A stretch of DNA of 56,874 nt from positions 1 to 56,874 of the forward strand of contig JACQXK010000015.1 of assembly GCA_016208765.1 (NCBI GenBank). Direction: 5' to 3'. Shown piece by piece: positions 44,018 through 53,359 of this stretch. The notes under the pieces are model-generated. The model was not told where the DNA came from. It ran no database searches and was given only the letters and a program-made list of their open reading frames with translations. The DNA is from Candidatus Omnitrophota bacterium. Lineage in GTDB: Bacteria > Omnitrophota > Gorgyraeia > Gygaellales > Profunditerraquicolaceae. Within the stretch, counting starts at the first letter, position 1. Each line of letters starts with the position of its first letter. The translations under genes were made by a program, and so were the position numbers.

Positions 44018-44911
44018 ATGCGTAAAATTCTCCTTTTCTTTTTATTTGTTTTACTTTTTCTAATAAGCTCTAATATTTTTGCTTTTGAATTTCCACAGCC
44101 TCAAGGCTGGGTTAATGATTTTGCAAACGTTATCAATCAGGAATATAAAGATAAGCTTAACGCATTAATCAGCGAACTTGAGCAAAAAACTTCTGCTGAA
44201 ATAGCGGTAGTTACAGTTGAATCAATTTCTCCATATGATGAAAAAGAATATGCAAGGCAGGTTTTTGATAACTGGAAAATAGGCAAGAAAGATAAGGATA
44301 ACGGCATACTGGTTCTTTTGGCCATAAAAGAAAGGCTTTGGCGGATAGAAACTGGATATGGCGTAGAAGGAATCTTGCCTGATGGGCTTTGTGGTGAAAT
44401 AGGCCGTAATTATATGGTGCCATATTTTAAAGAAGGTAATTATGCGCAGGGTTTGTATAATGGCGTCGCGGCTATCTCAAAGATAGTTGCTTTAAATAGC
44501 AATGTGGCGCTTAGCAGTTTATCCGGGGCAAATCTTTCTAACGGAGTAAATTTTGCTAAAGGAAGACAACCTAAGTCCGATCTTTTTGTTAACTTGTTTG
44601 CCTTTTTTTTCTTTTTGGTTTGGAATTTGCCTTGGCCAATTTTTATCGGTTTGCCGTTTACCATTATTTTTGCTTTGGTCTTCTTTCAAATTTCGTTTTT
44701 TTCCGGAAGTCTTGTTATTGCAGGCTATTTTGCGTCATTAATTATCAGGTTTCTTTATTGGAAAAGGCTGCCTCCGGGGAAAAGAAGCAATTTCTTTAAA
44801 GGGCAAAATTATGGAGGAAGATTTTCTGGCGGCGGTGGTTTTGGCGGAAGCGGCTCAGGAGGATTTGGCGGCGGGGGTGGAGGCGGTGGTGGCGCAGGGG
44901 GCAGATTTTAA
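44018..44911 (+). CDS. TPM-domain protein with TM segments and Gly-rich tail
   Basis: Signal peptide. GWVNDFANVINQEYKDKLNALISELEQKTSAEIAVVTVESI is the TPM phosphatase-like domain. C-terminal GGGGFGGSGSGGFGGGGGGGGGAGG. Confidence 0.8.
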   Translation: MRKILLFFLFVLLFLISSNIFAFEFPQPQGWVNDFANVINQEYKDKLNALISELEQKTSAEIAVVTVESISPYDEKEYARQVFDNWKIGKKDKDNGILVLLAIKERLWRIETGYGVEGILPDGLCGEIGRNYMVPYFKEGNYAQGLYNGVAAISKIVALNSNVALSSLSGANLSNGVNFAKGRQPKSDLFVNLFAFFFFLVWNLPWPIFIGLPFTIIFALVFFQISFFSGSLVIAGYFASLIIRFLYWKRLPPGKRSNFFKGQNYGGRFSGGGGFGGSGSGGFGGGGGGGGGAGGRF

Positions 44912-44945
44912 TTGCGTCAGTTGTATTAATTAGCAAGGAGAAAAA

Positions 44946-45503
44946 ATGAAGAAAATACTCATAGGTTTATTAATTGCAGCTGTGGTTGTTGTTGCATTAT
45001 TTATTGGAGTTTATAACGGGATTGTCTCAAAGCATGAAAATATTACAGCTAAATGGGCGCAAGTGGAGAACCAGCTTCAGCGCAGGAATGACCTGATCCC
45101 TAACCTGGTTAATTCTGTAAAGGGTTATGCGTCGCATGAAAAAAATGTATTTGAAGAAGTAACTAATGCCCGCTCGCGCTGGGCAAATGCAACTTCAGTG
45201 GATGAAAAAGTTAAGGCTGCAGGTGCAATTGATTCAGCATTATCAAGATTACTTTTGGTGGCTGAAAATTACCCGAATTTAAAAGCGGATCAGGTTTTTC
45301 TAAAGTTAATGGATGAATTATCCGGCACTGAAAACCGGATTGCAGTTGAAAGAATGCGTTATAATGAAGCTGTCAGGGATTATAACGTAACTGTCAGAAA
45401 ATTTCCGGGTAATATTATTAGCGGAATGTTTGGTTATAAGGTTGCGACAGAATACTTCCAGGCCCAAGATAAAGCCGAAGTAGTTCCGGAAGTAAAGTTT
45501 TAA
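44946..45503 (+). CDS. lemA: LemA family protein
   Basis: N-terminal TM segment. AKWAQVENQLQRRNDLIPNLVNSVKGYASHEK is the LemA signature. Confidence 0.88.
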   Translation: MKKILIGLLIAAVVVVALFIGVYNGIVSKHENITAKWAQVENQLQRRNDLIPNLVNSVKGYASHEKNVFEEVTNARSRWANATSVDEKVKAAGAIDSALSRLLLVAENYPNLKADQVFLKLMDELSGTENRIAVERMRYNEAVRDYNVTVRKFPGNIISGMFGYKVATEYFQAQDKAEVVPEVKF

Positions 45504-45511
45504 TTACGAAT

Positions 45512-46717
45512 ATGAAATATATCGTATTAGTTGGCGATGGCATGGCGGATTATCCGATAAAGGAGCTTGGGGATCGCACTCCCCTTGAGGCAGCACGAAC
45601 TCCGAATATGGATTTTATTGCCAAACACGGAAGATTGGGCAGGGTTAGGACTGTTCCCGAGGGAAAAAGCCCGGCTTCTGATGTGGCCAATATGACTATT
45701 CTTGGCTATGATCCTAAGAAATATTATACCGGCAGAGGCCCGCTTGAGGCGGCTAATTTAGGCGTTGAATTAGAAAATAACGATGTTGCTTTTCGCTGTA
45801 ATTTAGTTACAGCAACAAATGATACATTGGTGGATTATAGCGCAGGACATATCAATTCCAAGGAATCAGAGATCTTAATTAAATTTATTGATGAAAGGCT
45901 TGGTTCTGAGAGGGTTAAATTTTATCCTGGAATCAGTTACCGTCATTTAATGGTTGTAAAGAATGGCGCTAAGGATAAACTACAGGATTTGATTTGCAAG
46001 CCTCCGCATGACATTACCGGGCAGAGCATCTCCAAGAATCTTCCCAAAGGTGACGGAGCCGATTTTATTATTGAATTGATGCAAGGATCCCGCAGTGTGT
46101 TGGAAAAACATGAGATAAACCAGGTGAGGATTGATCTTAAGGAAAATCCGGGTAATATGATTTGGCTTTGGGGGCAAGGGCAGAAACCTTCCATGCCTAC
46201 TTTTAGGCATAAATATAGTTTGGATGGAAGCGTTATTTCCGCTGTTGATTTAATAAAAGGCCTGGGCAGGATATTAGGTTTAAATGTGATTAATGTGCCG
46301 GGCGCAACCGGATATTATGATACAGATTATGAGGCCAAAGCCAAAGCCGCTATCGGTTCATTAAAAGACAATGATTTTGTTTTTGTGCATGTTGAGGCCC
46401 CTGATGAAGCAGGGCATAATGGGGACTTGAGGGAAAAGTTACTGGCTATTGAGCGTTTTGACCAGATGGTAGTAGGCGCCATACTTAACGCCTATAAGCT
46501 TAAAAAGAATTTTCGTATTTTAGTTCTGCCTGATCATGCCACCCCTGTTGCTGTAAAGACTCATACATCAGAACCGGTGCTTTTTGGTATTTTTGGCAAA
46601 GGAATAGTAGGCAGGGGATTTTTAAATTACTCTGAAAAAGAGGCAGAAAAATCGGATCTTTATTTTGAGGATGGCTCCGGGTTAATGGATTATTTCCTGA
46701 AAATTTCAGAAGAATAA
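45512..46717 (+). CDS. ApgM-type cofactor-independent phosphoglycerate mutase homologue (possibly the proposed alternative homoserine kinase)
   Basis: MKYIVLVGDGMADYP, metalloenzyme motifs HVEAPDEAGHNGD and PDHATP. It lies within a hom-thrC..lysC neighbourhood that lacks thrB. Confidence 0.75.
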   Translation: MKYIVLVGDGMADYPIKELGDRTPLEAARTPNMDFIAKHGRLGRVRTVPEGKSPASDVANMTILGYDPKKYYTGRGPLEAANLGVELENNDVAFRCNLVTATNDTLVDYSAGHINSKESEILIKFIDERLGSERVKFYPGISYRHLMVVKNGAKDKLQDLICKPPHDITGQSISKNLPKGDGADFIIELMQGSRSVLEKHEINQVRIDLKENPGNMIWLWGQGQKPSMPTFRHKYSLDGSVISAVDLIKGLGRILGLNVINVPGATGYYDTDYEAKAKAAIGSLKDNDFVFVHVEAPDEAGHNGDLREKLLAIERFDQMVVGAILNAYKLKKNFRILVLPDHATPVAVKTHTSEPVLFGIFGKGIVGRGFLNYSEKEAEKSDLYFEDGSGLMDYFLKISEE

Positions 46718-46731
46718 TTAAGGGGAAGAAT

Positions 46732-47952
46732 ATGTCTAAGGGTTTAATTGTGCAGAAATTCGGAGGTTCCTCTGTAGCCAATGTTGAACGCATCCAGAAC
46801 GTTGCCAAGCGGGTTACGGGTTATAGAAAAAAGGGTTTTGATGTAGTTGTGGTTGTCTCTGCGTTAGGAGACACTACTGATGAATTAATTGAATTAGCCG
46901 GTCAAATTACAACTGACCCGTCAGAACGTGAAATGGATATGTTGCTTTCAACGGGAGAGCAGATTTCAGTGGCGTTATTGGCCATGGCAATTCATAAACT
47001 TGGGCTTGAGGCAATTTCTTTTACCGGTTCACAGGTCGGGATTGTTACTGACAAAAGTCACACTAAGGCGCGGATTGTAAAGATTGCCACGGATAGAATA
47101 AAAAATGAAATAAAAAAAGGAAGAATTGTCATTGTTGCAGGGTTTCAGGGGGTTACTCCTGATGACGATATTACAACTTTAGGCCGCGGAGGTTCTGATT
47201 TGACTGCCGTTGCTCTTGCCAAGGAGCTTAAGGCAGATGAATGCGAGATTTATACTGATGTAGACGGTATTTATTCTACTGACCCGCGCATAGAGCCTAA
47301 GGCAAAAAAGATTGCTCAGATTACTTATGATGAGATGCTGGAGATGGCGTCTCTGGGCGCACAAGTGATGCAGGCGCGCTCAATTGAGGTGGCTAAGAAA
47401 TTCGATGTTCCGATTCACGTGCGTTCTTCATTCTCCGATAAAGAAGGGACTATGATTATTAAGGAGGTAAAAAATATGGAAGATGTTTTGGTTACGGGGA
47501 TTACTTTAAATAAAAACGAAGCTAAAATTACCATCTGCGACGTCCCGGATAAGCCCGGAGTGGCGGCAAAGATCTTCAAGGAACTTGCTGGATCCGGAAT
47601 CAGTGTAGATATGATCGTGCAAAATGTCAGCCATACTCGTAAAACCGATATTTCTTTTACTGTTAATAAAAATGATGCCGCAAGGACAATTAAAGCCATT
47701 AAGAAAGTAAATTCTGATATTGGGGCTGGAGAAGTTTTGGTGGATGAAGGCATTTCCCGGATTTCTATTGTAGGCGTGGGAATGAAATCTCATCATGGCG
47801 TGGCTGCTAAGATGTTTGAAACCCTGGCCCATGAAAAGATTAATATTGAGATGATTTCTACTTCTGATATAAGCATTTCTTGTATTATAAAGAAGAACCT
47901 TGGTGAAACAGCAGTTAAGATCTTGCACGAAAAATTTAACTTATCCAAATAG
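46732..47952 (+). CDS. lysC: aspartate kinase with tandem ACT domains
   Basis: IVQKFGGSSVAN, GRGGSDLTAVALA and the C-terminal ACT pair. Confidence 0.92.
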   Translation: MSKGLIVQKFGGSSVANVERIQNVAKRVTGYRKKGFDVVVVVSALGDTTDELIELAGQITTDPSEREMDMLLSTGEQISVALLAMAIHKLGLEAISFTGSQVGIVTDKSHTKARIVKIATDRIKNEIKKGRIVIVAGFQGVTPDDDITTLGRGGSDLTAVALAKELKADECEIYTDVDGIYSTDPRIEPKAKKIAQITYDEMLEMASLGAQVMQARSIEVAKKFDVPIHVRSSFSDKEGTMIIKEVKNMEDVLVTGITLNKNEAKITICDVPDKPGVAAKIFKELAGSGISVDMIVQNVSHTRKTDISFTVNKNDAARTIKAIKKVNSDIGAGEVLVDEGISRISIVGVGMKSHHGVAAKMFETLAHEKINIEMISTSDISISCIIKKNLGETAVKILHEKFNLSK

Positions 47953-47959
47953 GAGAACT

Positions 47960-49528
47960 ATGCAAAAAGTCAGGTTATATGATACCACTTTACGCGATGG
48001 TGCTCAGGGCGAGGGGATTTCATATTCAGTAATGGACAAGATCCGCATCGCGCAGGAATTGGACATGTTTGGGGTCCATTATATTGAAGGCGGGTGGCCG
48101 GGTTCAAATCCCAAGGATATGGAATTTTTTAAGAAAATGAATCAAAAGCCGCTTAAGAATGCTCAATTAGTGGCTTTTAGCATGACTCGCAGGGTGGGTA
48201 TAAAAGCATCTCAAGATACAAATATTAAGGCTTTGGTAAAATGCGGGGCTGGAATTGTTTCTATTGTCGGCAAAACTTGGGATTTGCATGTAAAAGATGT
48301 GTTAAAGATTTCTCTGGAAGAAAATCTTGAGATGATCAAGGATACGATTAATTTTCTTATTTCACAGGGGATCACTGTATTTTATGATGCCGAGCATTTT
48401 TTTGATGCTTATCGCGCTAATAAGGCGTATGCTTTAAAAACCCTGCAGGCGGCTCAGGATGCGGGGGCTCAGGCAATTTGTTTGTGTGATACCAATGGCG
48501 GGGCATTAACCTCAGAAGTTTCAAGAGTTGTTACCCAAGTAAAACATGAAATTAAGGTTGATTTGGGAATTCATTGTCACAATGATGCCGGCTTAGCAGT
48601 GGCAAATTCAATTATTGCAGTAGAAGCCGGTTGCAGTATTGTGCAAGGGACAATTAACGGTTACGGAGAGCGTTGTGGAAATGCGGATTTAATCCAGATT
48701 ATTGCCAATCTTAAATTTAAATTAGGGATTGATTGTATTAACAATGAAAGATTAAAGGAGTTAACCAAGGTCTCGCATTTTGTAAGCGAAATAAGCAATA
48801 TGAGGTTAAGAGATGACCAGCCGTATGTGGGTGGTTCAAGTTTTGCGCATAAGGGCGGTATGCATATTAACGCTGTAATGAAAAACTCAAAGGCTTATGA
48901 ACATATTGATCCTGTTCTTGTGGGCAATCACCGCAGGATCCTTGTTTCTGAGCTCGCCGGTAAGACCGGTATTTTATTGCGCGCAAAAGATTTGGAATTA
49001 GATTTGTCTAAGCAGGACCCGAAGACGAAAAAGTTATTGGAATTGGTGCAAAAACTGGAGCATCAGGGGTATCATTTTGAGGCAGCAGAAGCATCTTTTG
49101 AACTTTTAATGAAGAAGGCAATTAAAAAATATAAAAAATTCTTTGAGTTGGAGGGTTTTAAGATTGTAATTGAGAAGCGTTCTGATAAAAGAATTGTTTC
49201 TGAGGCAGTGATTAAGCTTAAGGTTAAGGGTGTGAGGGAACATACTGCTGCTGAAGGAGACGGGCCGATAAATGCGCTGGACAATGCTTTACGTAAGGCC
49301 TTAAAAGAATTTTATCCGACATTATCAAAGATGCATTTGTCTGATTTTAAAGTGCGCGTTTTAGATGAAAAAGCAGGGACTGCCGCTCGCGTGCGGGTAT
49401 TGATTCAGTCACAGGATGAGACTGACACATGGAACACAATCGGGGTTTCAGGAAATATTATTGAAGCCAGCTGGCAGGCGCTTGTTGACAGCGTTGAATA
49501 TAAGCTTTTAAAAGATAAAATAAAATGA
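47960..49528 (+). CDS. cimA: citramalate synthase (IPMS/CimA family)
   Basis: AGGAGA SD before the ATG at 47960. VRLYDTTLRDGAQGEGISYSV, HCHNDAGLAVANS and the C-terminal LeuA-dimer-type domain. Confidence 0.8.
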   Translation: MQKVRLYDTTLRDGAQGEGISYSVMDKIRIAQELDMFGVHYIEGGWPGSNPKDMEFFKKMNQKPLKNAQLVAFSMTRRVGIKASQDTNIKALVKCGAGIVSIVGKTWDLHVKDVLKISLEENLEMIKDTINFLISQGITVFYDAEHFFDAYRANKAYALKTLQAAQDAGAQAICLCDTNGGALTSEVSRVVTQVKHEIKVDLGIHCHNDAGLAVANSIIAVEAGCSIVQGTINGYGERCGNADLIQIIANLKFKLGIDCINNERLKELTKVSHFVSEISNMRLRDDQPYVGGSSFAHKGGMHINAVMKNSKAYEHIDPVLVGNHRRILVSELAGKTGILLRAKDLELDLSKQDPKTKKLLELVQKLEHQGYHFEAAEASFELLMKKAIKKYKKFFELEGFKIVIEKRSDKRIVSEAVIKLKVKGVREHTAAEGDGPINALDNALRKALKEFYPTLSKMHLSDFKVRVLDEKAGTAARVRVLIQSQDETDTWNTIGVSGNIIEASWQALVDSVEYKLLKDKIK

Positions 49529-49529
49529 T

Positions 49530-49700
49530 GCTCCTGTAGATTATCAGAAGGCAGCTAAAAATTCTAAGTTTGTAAATCTTAATAATATTAAGATACCGAC
49601 GATATCCATAGACGACCTTATTAAGATGAAAAAGGTTTCTAACCGTCAGCAAGACAAGAAAGACATAGAATATCTAAAAAAGATTTCTAATGAAAAATAA
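49530..49700 (+). pseudogene. C-terminal fragment of a small nucleotidyltransferase-like (TA-associated) protein, no start
   Basis: The open frame [56 protein letters not shown] begins 2 nt after the cimA stop. The pattern I-x-[IV]-P-x-IS-x-x-DLI-x-x-K-x-x-S-x-R-x-x-D is the tail of a ~150-aa family as I recall it. Confidence 0.4.
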
Positions 49701-49866
49701 AATTTGCGGTTTTAGTTATTCATTAAATATGCAGCAAATTCAGAAGTATAAGAAAATTCCTTTGAAGTTGCGGCTTGAATGGCTCTATCAAGCTAATCTT
49801 TTAAGGAGATTCTATCCTCAGAAGATAACTAAACTACAAGATAAATTCCGAAAGGGAGCGCTTTAG
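49690..49866 (+). CDS. 58-aa hypothetical protein overlapping the fragment's stop (possible cognate small partner)
   Basis: The ATG at 49690 overlaps the TAA of the fragment. [58 protein letters not shown]. There is no clear SD. Confidence 0.3.
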   Translation: MKNKICGFSYSLNMQQIQKYKKIPLKLRLEWLYQANLLRRFYPQKITKLQDKFRKGAL

Positions 49867-49871
49867 CTTTC

Positions 49872-51533
49872 ATGGAAATCCCATCTCGTTACAATCCAAA
49901 AGAAACCGAAGATAAATGGTATAAATTCTGGCAAGAGCAAGGCTTTTTTGCAGCAAAGCCAAACCCTGATAAAAAGCCATTTACCATTGTTATCCCTCCG
50001 CCCAATGTTACGGGTATTCTGCATATGGGGCATGCTTTAAATAATACTATTCAGGATATTCTTATTCGTTACCATCGTGCAAAAGGCGAAGAAGCGCTTT
50101 GGATGCCGGGCACTGACCACGCGGGTATTGCCACGCAAAATGTGGTAGAAAAGTCTATCGCTAAAGAAGGCTTAAAGCGCAATGATTTAGGAAGGGGAAG
50201 ATTTATTGAACGCGTATGGCTTTGGAAAGAGCAATACGGCTCAACAATTATCAAGCAGCTAAAAAAACTCGGCGCTTCTTGTGACTGGGATCGTATTCGT
50301 TTTACCATGGATGAGGATTATTCCAAGTCAGTTCTTGAGGTTTTCGTCCGCCTCTACGAAAAAGGCCTTATATATCGGGGCAGTTATATTATTAACTGGT
50401 GTCCGCGTTGTCAGACTGCCTTGTCTGATGAAGAAGCGCCTCATCATGAGCTGCAGGGAAATCTTTATTATCTGAAGTATCCATTGAAGGATAATCCTGA
50501 TGAGTTTGTGGTTGTGGCGACGACGCGCCCTGAAACCATGCTTGGTGATACTGCTGTTGCGGTTAATCCCAAAGATAAAAGGTATAAGAAACTGATTGGA
50601 AAAAGTTTGATTTTGCCGCTTGTAAATCGCGAGATAAAGATTATAGCTGACAGTATGATAGATGCTAAGTTTGGCACCGGTGCAGTTAAAGTTACCCCTG
50701 CGCATGATCCAAATGATTATGCAATGGGTAAAAAGCATGATCTTGAATTTGTTAATGTGATGTATCCGGATGGCAGGATGAATGAATCAGCCGGCGACTA
50801 TAAGGGTATGGACCGGTTTGAGGCAAGAGAAGTAATTTTAGAGGACTTAAAAGAAAAAGGCCTGTTAGAAAAAATTGAGCCGCATACTTTGTCAGCCGGG
50901 CATTGTTATCGCTGCCATACAATCATTGAGCCGTATTTGTCTAAACAGTGGTTTGTTAAAATGGCTCCATTGGCAAAGCCAGCTATAGAGGCAGTTAAAA
51001 AAGGTAAGATAAAGTTTTATCCCAAGCGCTGGACTAAAGTATATTTAAACTGGATGGAGAATATCCAGGATTGGTGTATTTCAAGGCAGATTTGGTGGGG
51101 GCATCGTTTGCCTGTTTACTATTGTAAAAAATGCGAAGAGGCTCAAAAAACTGGAGTTATTGTTTCCCGCGACAGGCCTGAAAAGTGCCCGGAGTGCGGG
51201 TCAATAGATATTTATCAGGATGAAGATGTTTTGGATACCTGGTTCTCAAGCTGGCTCTGGCCATTCGCTACATTTTATTGGCCGTTTGATGGCCGCCAGT
51301 TTGTTGGACAGGAGACAGGAGACAGGAGACAGGAAGATCTCAAGTATTTTTACCCTACCTCCGCTCTTGTGACTGCTCCGGAAATTATCTTTTTCTGGGT
51401 AGCGCGCATGATTATGGCAGGTTTGGAATTTATGAATGAGATCCCGTTTAAGGATGTGTATATCCATGGCACGGTGCGTGATATTGAAGGTAAGAAAATG
51501 TCCAAGTCTCTGGGCAATATTATTGTTATCTAA
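49872..51533 (+). pseudogene. valS: valyl-tRNA synthetase, N-terminal 553 codons (catalytic + editing domains), ending 9 codons after KMSKS
   Basis: HIGH-type motif [15 protein letters not shown], a CP1 editing domain, and [10 protein letters not shown] followed by VI-stop instead of the conserved DP..[8 protein letters not shown]. Confidence 0.85.
51306..51334 (+). repeat. heptanucleotide tandem array (GGAGACA, about 4 units) inside valS
   Basis: The sequence is ggaca ggagaca ggagaca ggagaca gga. In frame it encodes [10 protein letters not shown]. Confidence 0.95.
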
Positions 51534-52488
51534 GGAGAGGCTTGAGCAAGGCAGGAACTTTGCCAATAAAATCTGGAATGCTTCGCGATTTATCCTGATG
51601 AACCTGGATGCCCAGAATATCCGGGTAGATTTGTGCCAATTTACAAAAAAAGAAGACCTGAGTTTGGTAAATCGCTGGATCTTGAGCCGTTTTTATTCGG
51701 TGCTTAAAGAATTAAATAAAAATCTTGATAATTTTAAATTTAATGAAGCCGCAAACCTTTTATATAGTTTTTTCTGGCATGAATTCTGCGATTGGTATTT
51801 AGAATTGGCAAAGCCAATTTTGGTTAACAGAGAACAGAGTACAGAGAACAGAAATACGCAGGTGGTAATGTACAAGGTGCTGGAGAAGTTTTTAAGAGCG
51901 CTGCATCCGTTTATGCCTTTTATTACCGAGGAGATTTGGCAGAATTTACCGCACGAAGGTAAGTCTATAATGGTTCAGCCGATTCCTCATTTGCAAGAGG
52001 CGTTAATTGACAAAAAGATTGAAAATAAAGTTGGAGTTGTGTTTGATGTAATTACGACTATTAGAAATATGCGCGTAGAATTGGAGGTTTTACCTCAGGA
52101 TAAAGTTAATGTAGAAATATTTTCCGGTAAAACCATGAAAATTACGCTTGAGTTAATGTCGCAGGATATAAAAAACTTGGCAAAAATTGATTGTTTAAGC
52201 CTTCAGGAAAATTATCAGCACAAGAGCGGCCAGTTTGTAAATGTTTTAAAAGATATGCATATCGTAATTCCTCTGGCAGGGCTGATTGACATTGATAAGT
52301 ATAAAGAGAAGCTAAAGCAGCGTATAGTAAAGGCAGAATCCGATATAAAAGCAAAAGAAGCTATGCTTTGTAATGATAGTTTTGTTAAACGGGCTCCGGC
52401 TGAAGTTGTGGGTAAGGAGCGGGAGAGGCTTGGGGAATTAAAGGATTCGTTGCACAAACTAAAGGCGGTGAAAGATGCCATCGGCTAA
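51529..52488 (+). pseudogene. valS: valyl-tRNA synthetase, C-terminal part (anticodon-binding + coiled coil) in a different frame
   Basis: Homology resumes at [25 protein letters not shown]. The listed upstream part of this ORF (from 51436) is out-of-frame overlap with the N-terminal part. It ends in the typical coiled coil. Confidence 0.85.
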
Positions 52489-53359
52489 AGTTTTTCTTTC
52501 AGAAGCACTGCCGGAGCTTAATCCGGAAAAGTTAGATTCAATTGTGCGCCACGCTTTGATTGAAGATATTGGTAAAGGTGATATTACAACACAGCTGACT
52601 ATCCCCAGGGAAAAAGAGATCAAGGCGGTGATTGTTGCGAATCAGGATTGTGTGGTCTGCGGTTTGCCTGCCGCAGAGCGGGTATTCAAGATTATGGATA
52701 TTGAGACTAAGTTTGATGCGCAGGTTAAAGAAGGCCAAAGCGTCAAGAAAGGCCGGAAAATAATTTTATTAAGTGGCTTGGCTGCAAGTATTCTTACTGC
52801 AGAGAGGGTGGCTCTTAATTTATTGAGCATGCTTTCCGGGATTGCTACAAAAACAAAGGAATATGTAAATGAAGTAAAGCCTAATAAAGTAAAAATATTG
52901 GACACACGAAAAACAATCCCCGGTTTAAGAGAATTGCAAAAATATGCCGTGCGAATCGGAGGAGGTTACAGCCATCGTATGGGCCTTGATGAAATGATCT
53001 TGATCAAGGATAACCATATCAAAGTTACCGAAGGATATGAAAAGCTTCCGAGTGTGCCTAAGGGTTTTAAAATTGAAATTGAAGTGCAGAATATGGAAGA
53101 ATTCAAGCACGCGTTACGTTTCAAGCCGGATGTAATAATGCTTGATAATATGGGCATTAATCAGATGAAAGAAGCAGTAAAAGTCCGCGATAATACACCG
53201 TTTAAAAGCCATCACCCGCCTACAAAATTAGAGGCTTCAGGCGGAATAACTTTAAAGAATGTTAAAGAAGTTGCTTCAACTGGTGTAGATATTATTTCTG
53301 TCGGTGAATTGACGCATTCAATTGATTCCGTTGATTTGAGCCTGGATATATTGGATTAA
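52475..53359 (+). CDS. nadC: nicotinate-nucleotide pyrophosphorylase (quinolinate phosphoribosyltransferase)
   Basis: [28 protein letters not shown] and LIKDNH motifs. Confidence 0.9.
   Translation: MPSAKVFLSEALPELNPEKLDSIVRHALIEDIGKGDITTQLTIPREKEIKAVIVANQDCVVCGLPAAERVFKIMDIETKFDAQVKEGQSVKKGRKIILLSGLAASILTAERVALNLLSMLSGIATKTKEYVNEVKPNKVKILDTRKTIPGLRELQKYAVRIGGGYSHRMGLDEMILIKDNHIKVTEGYEKLPSVPKGFKIEIEVQNMEEFKHALRFKPDVIMLDNMGINQMKEAVKVRDNTPFKSHHPPTKLEASGGITLKNVKEVASTGVDIISVGELTHSIDSVDLSLDILD

Noticed and set aside
44820-44908. GGN-rich nucleotide repeat at the end of the TPM gene
   Set aside because: It encodes the Gly-rich tail common to this protein family and is not an independent element.
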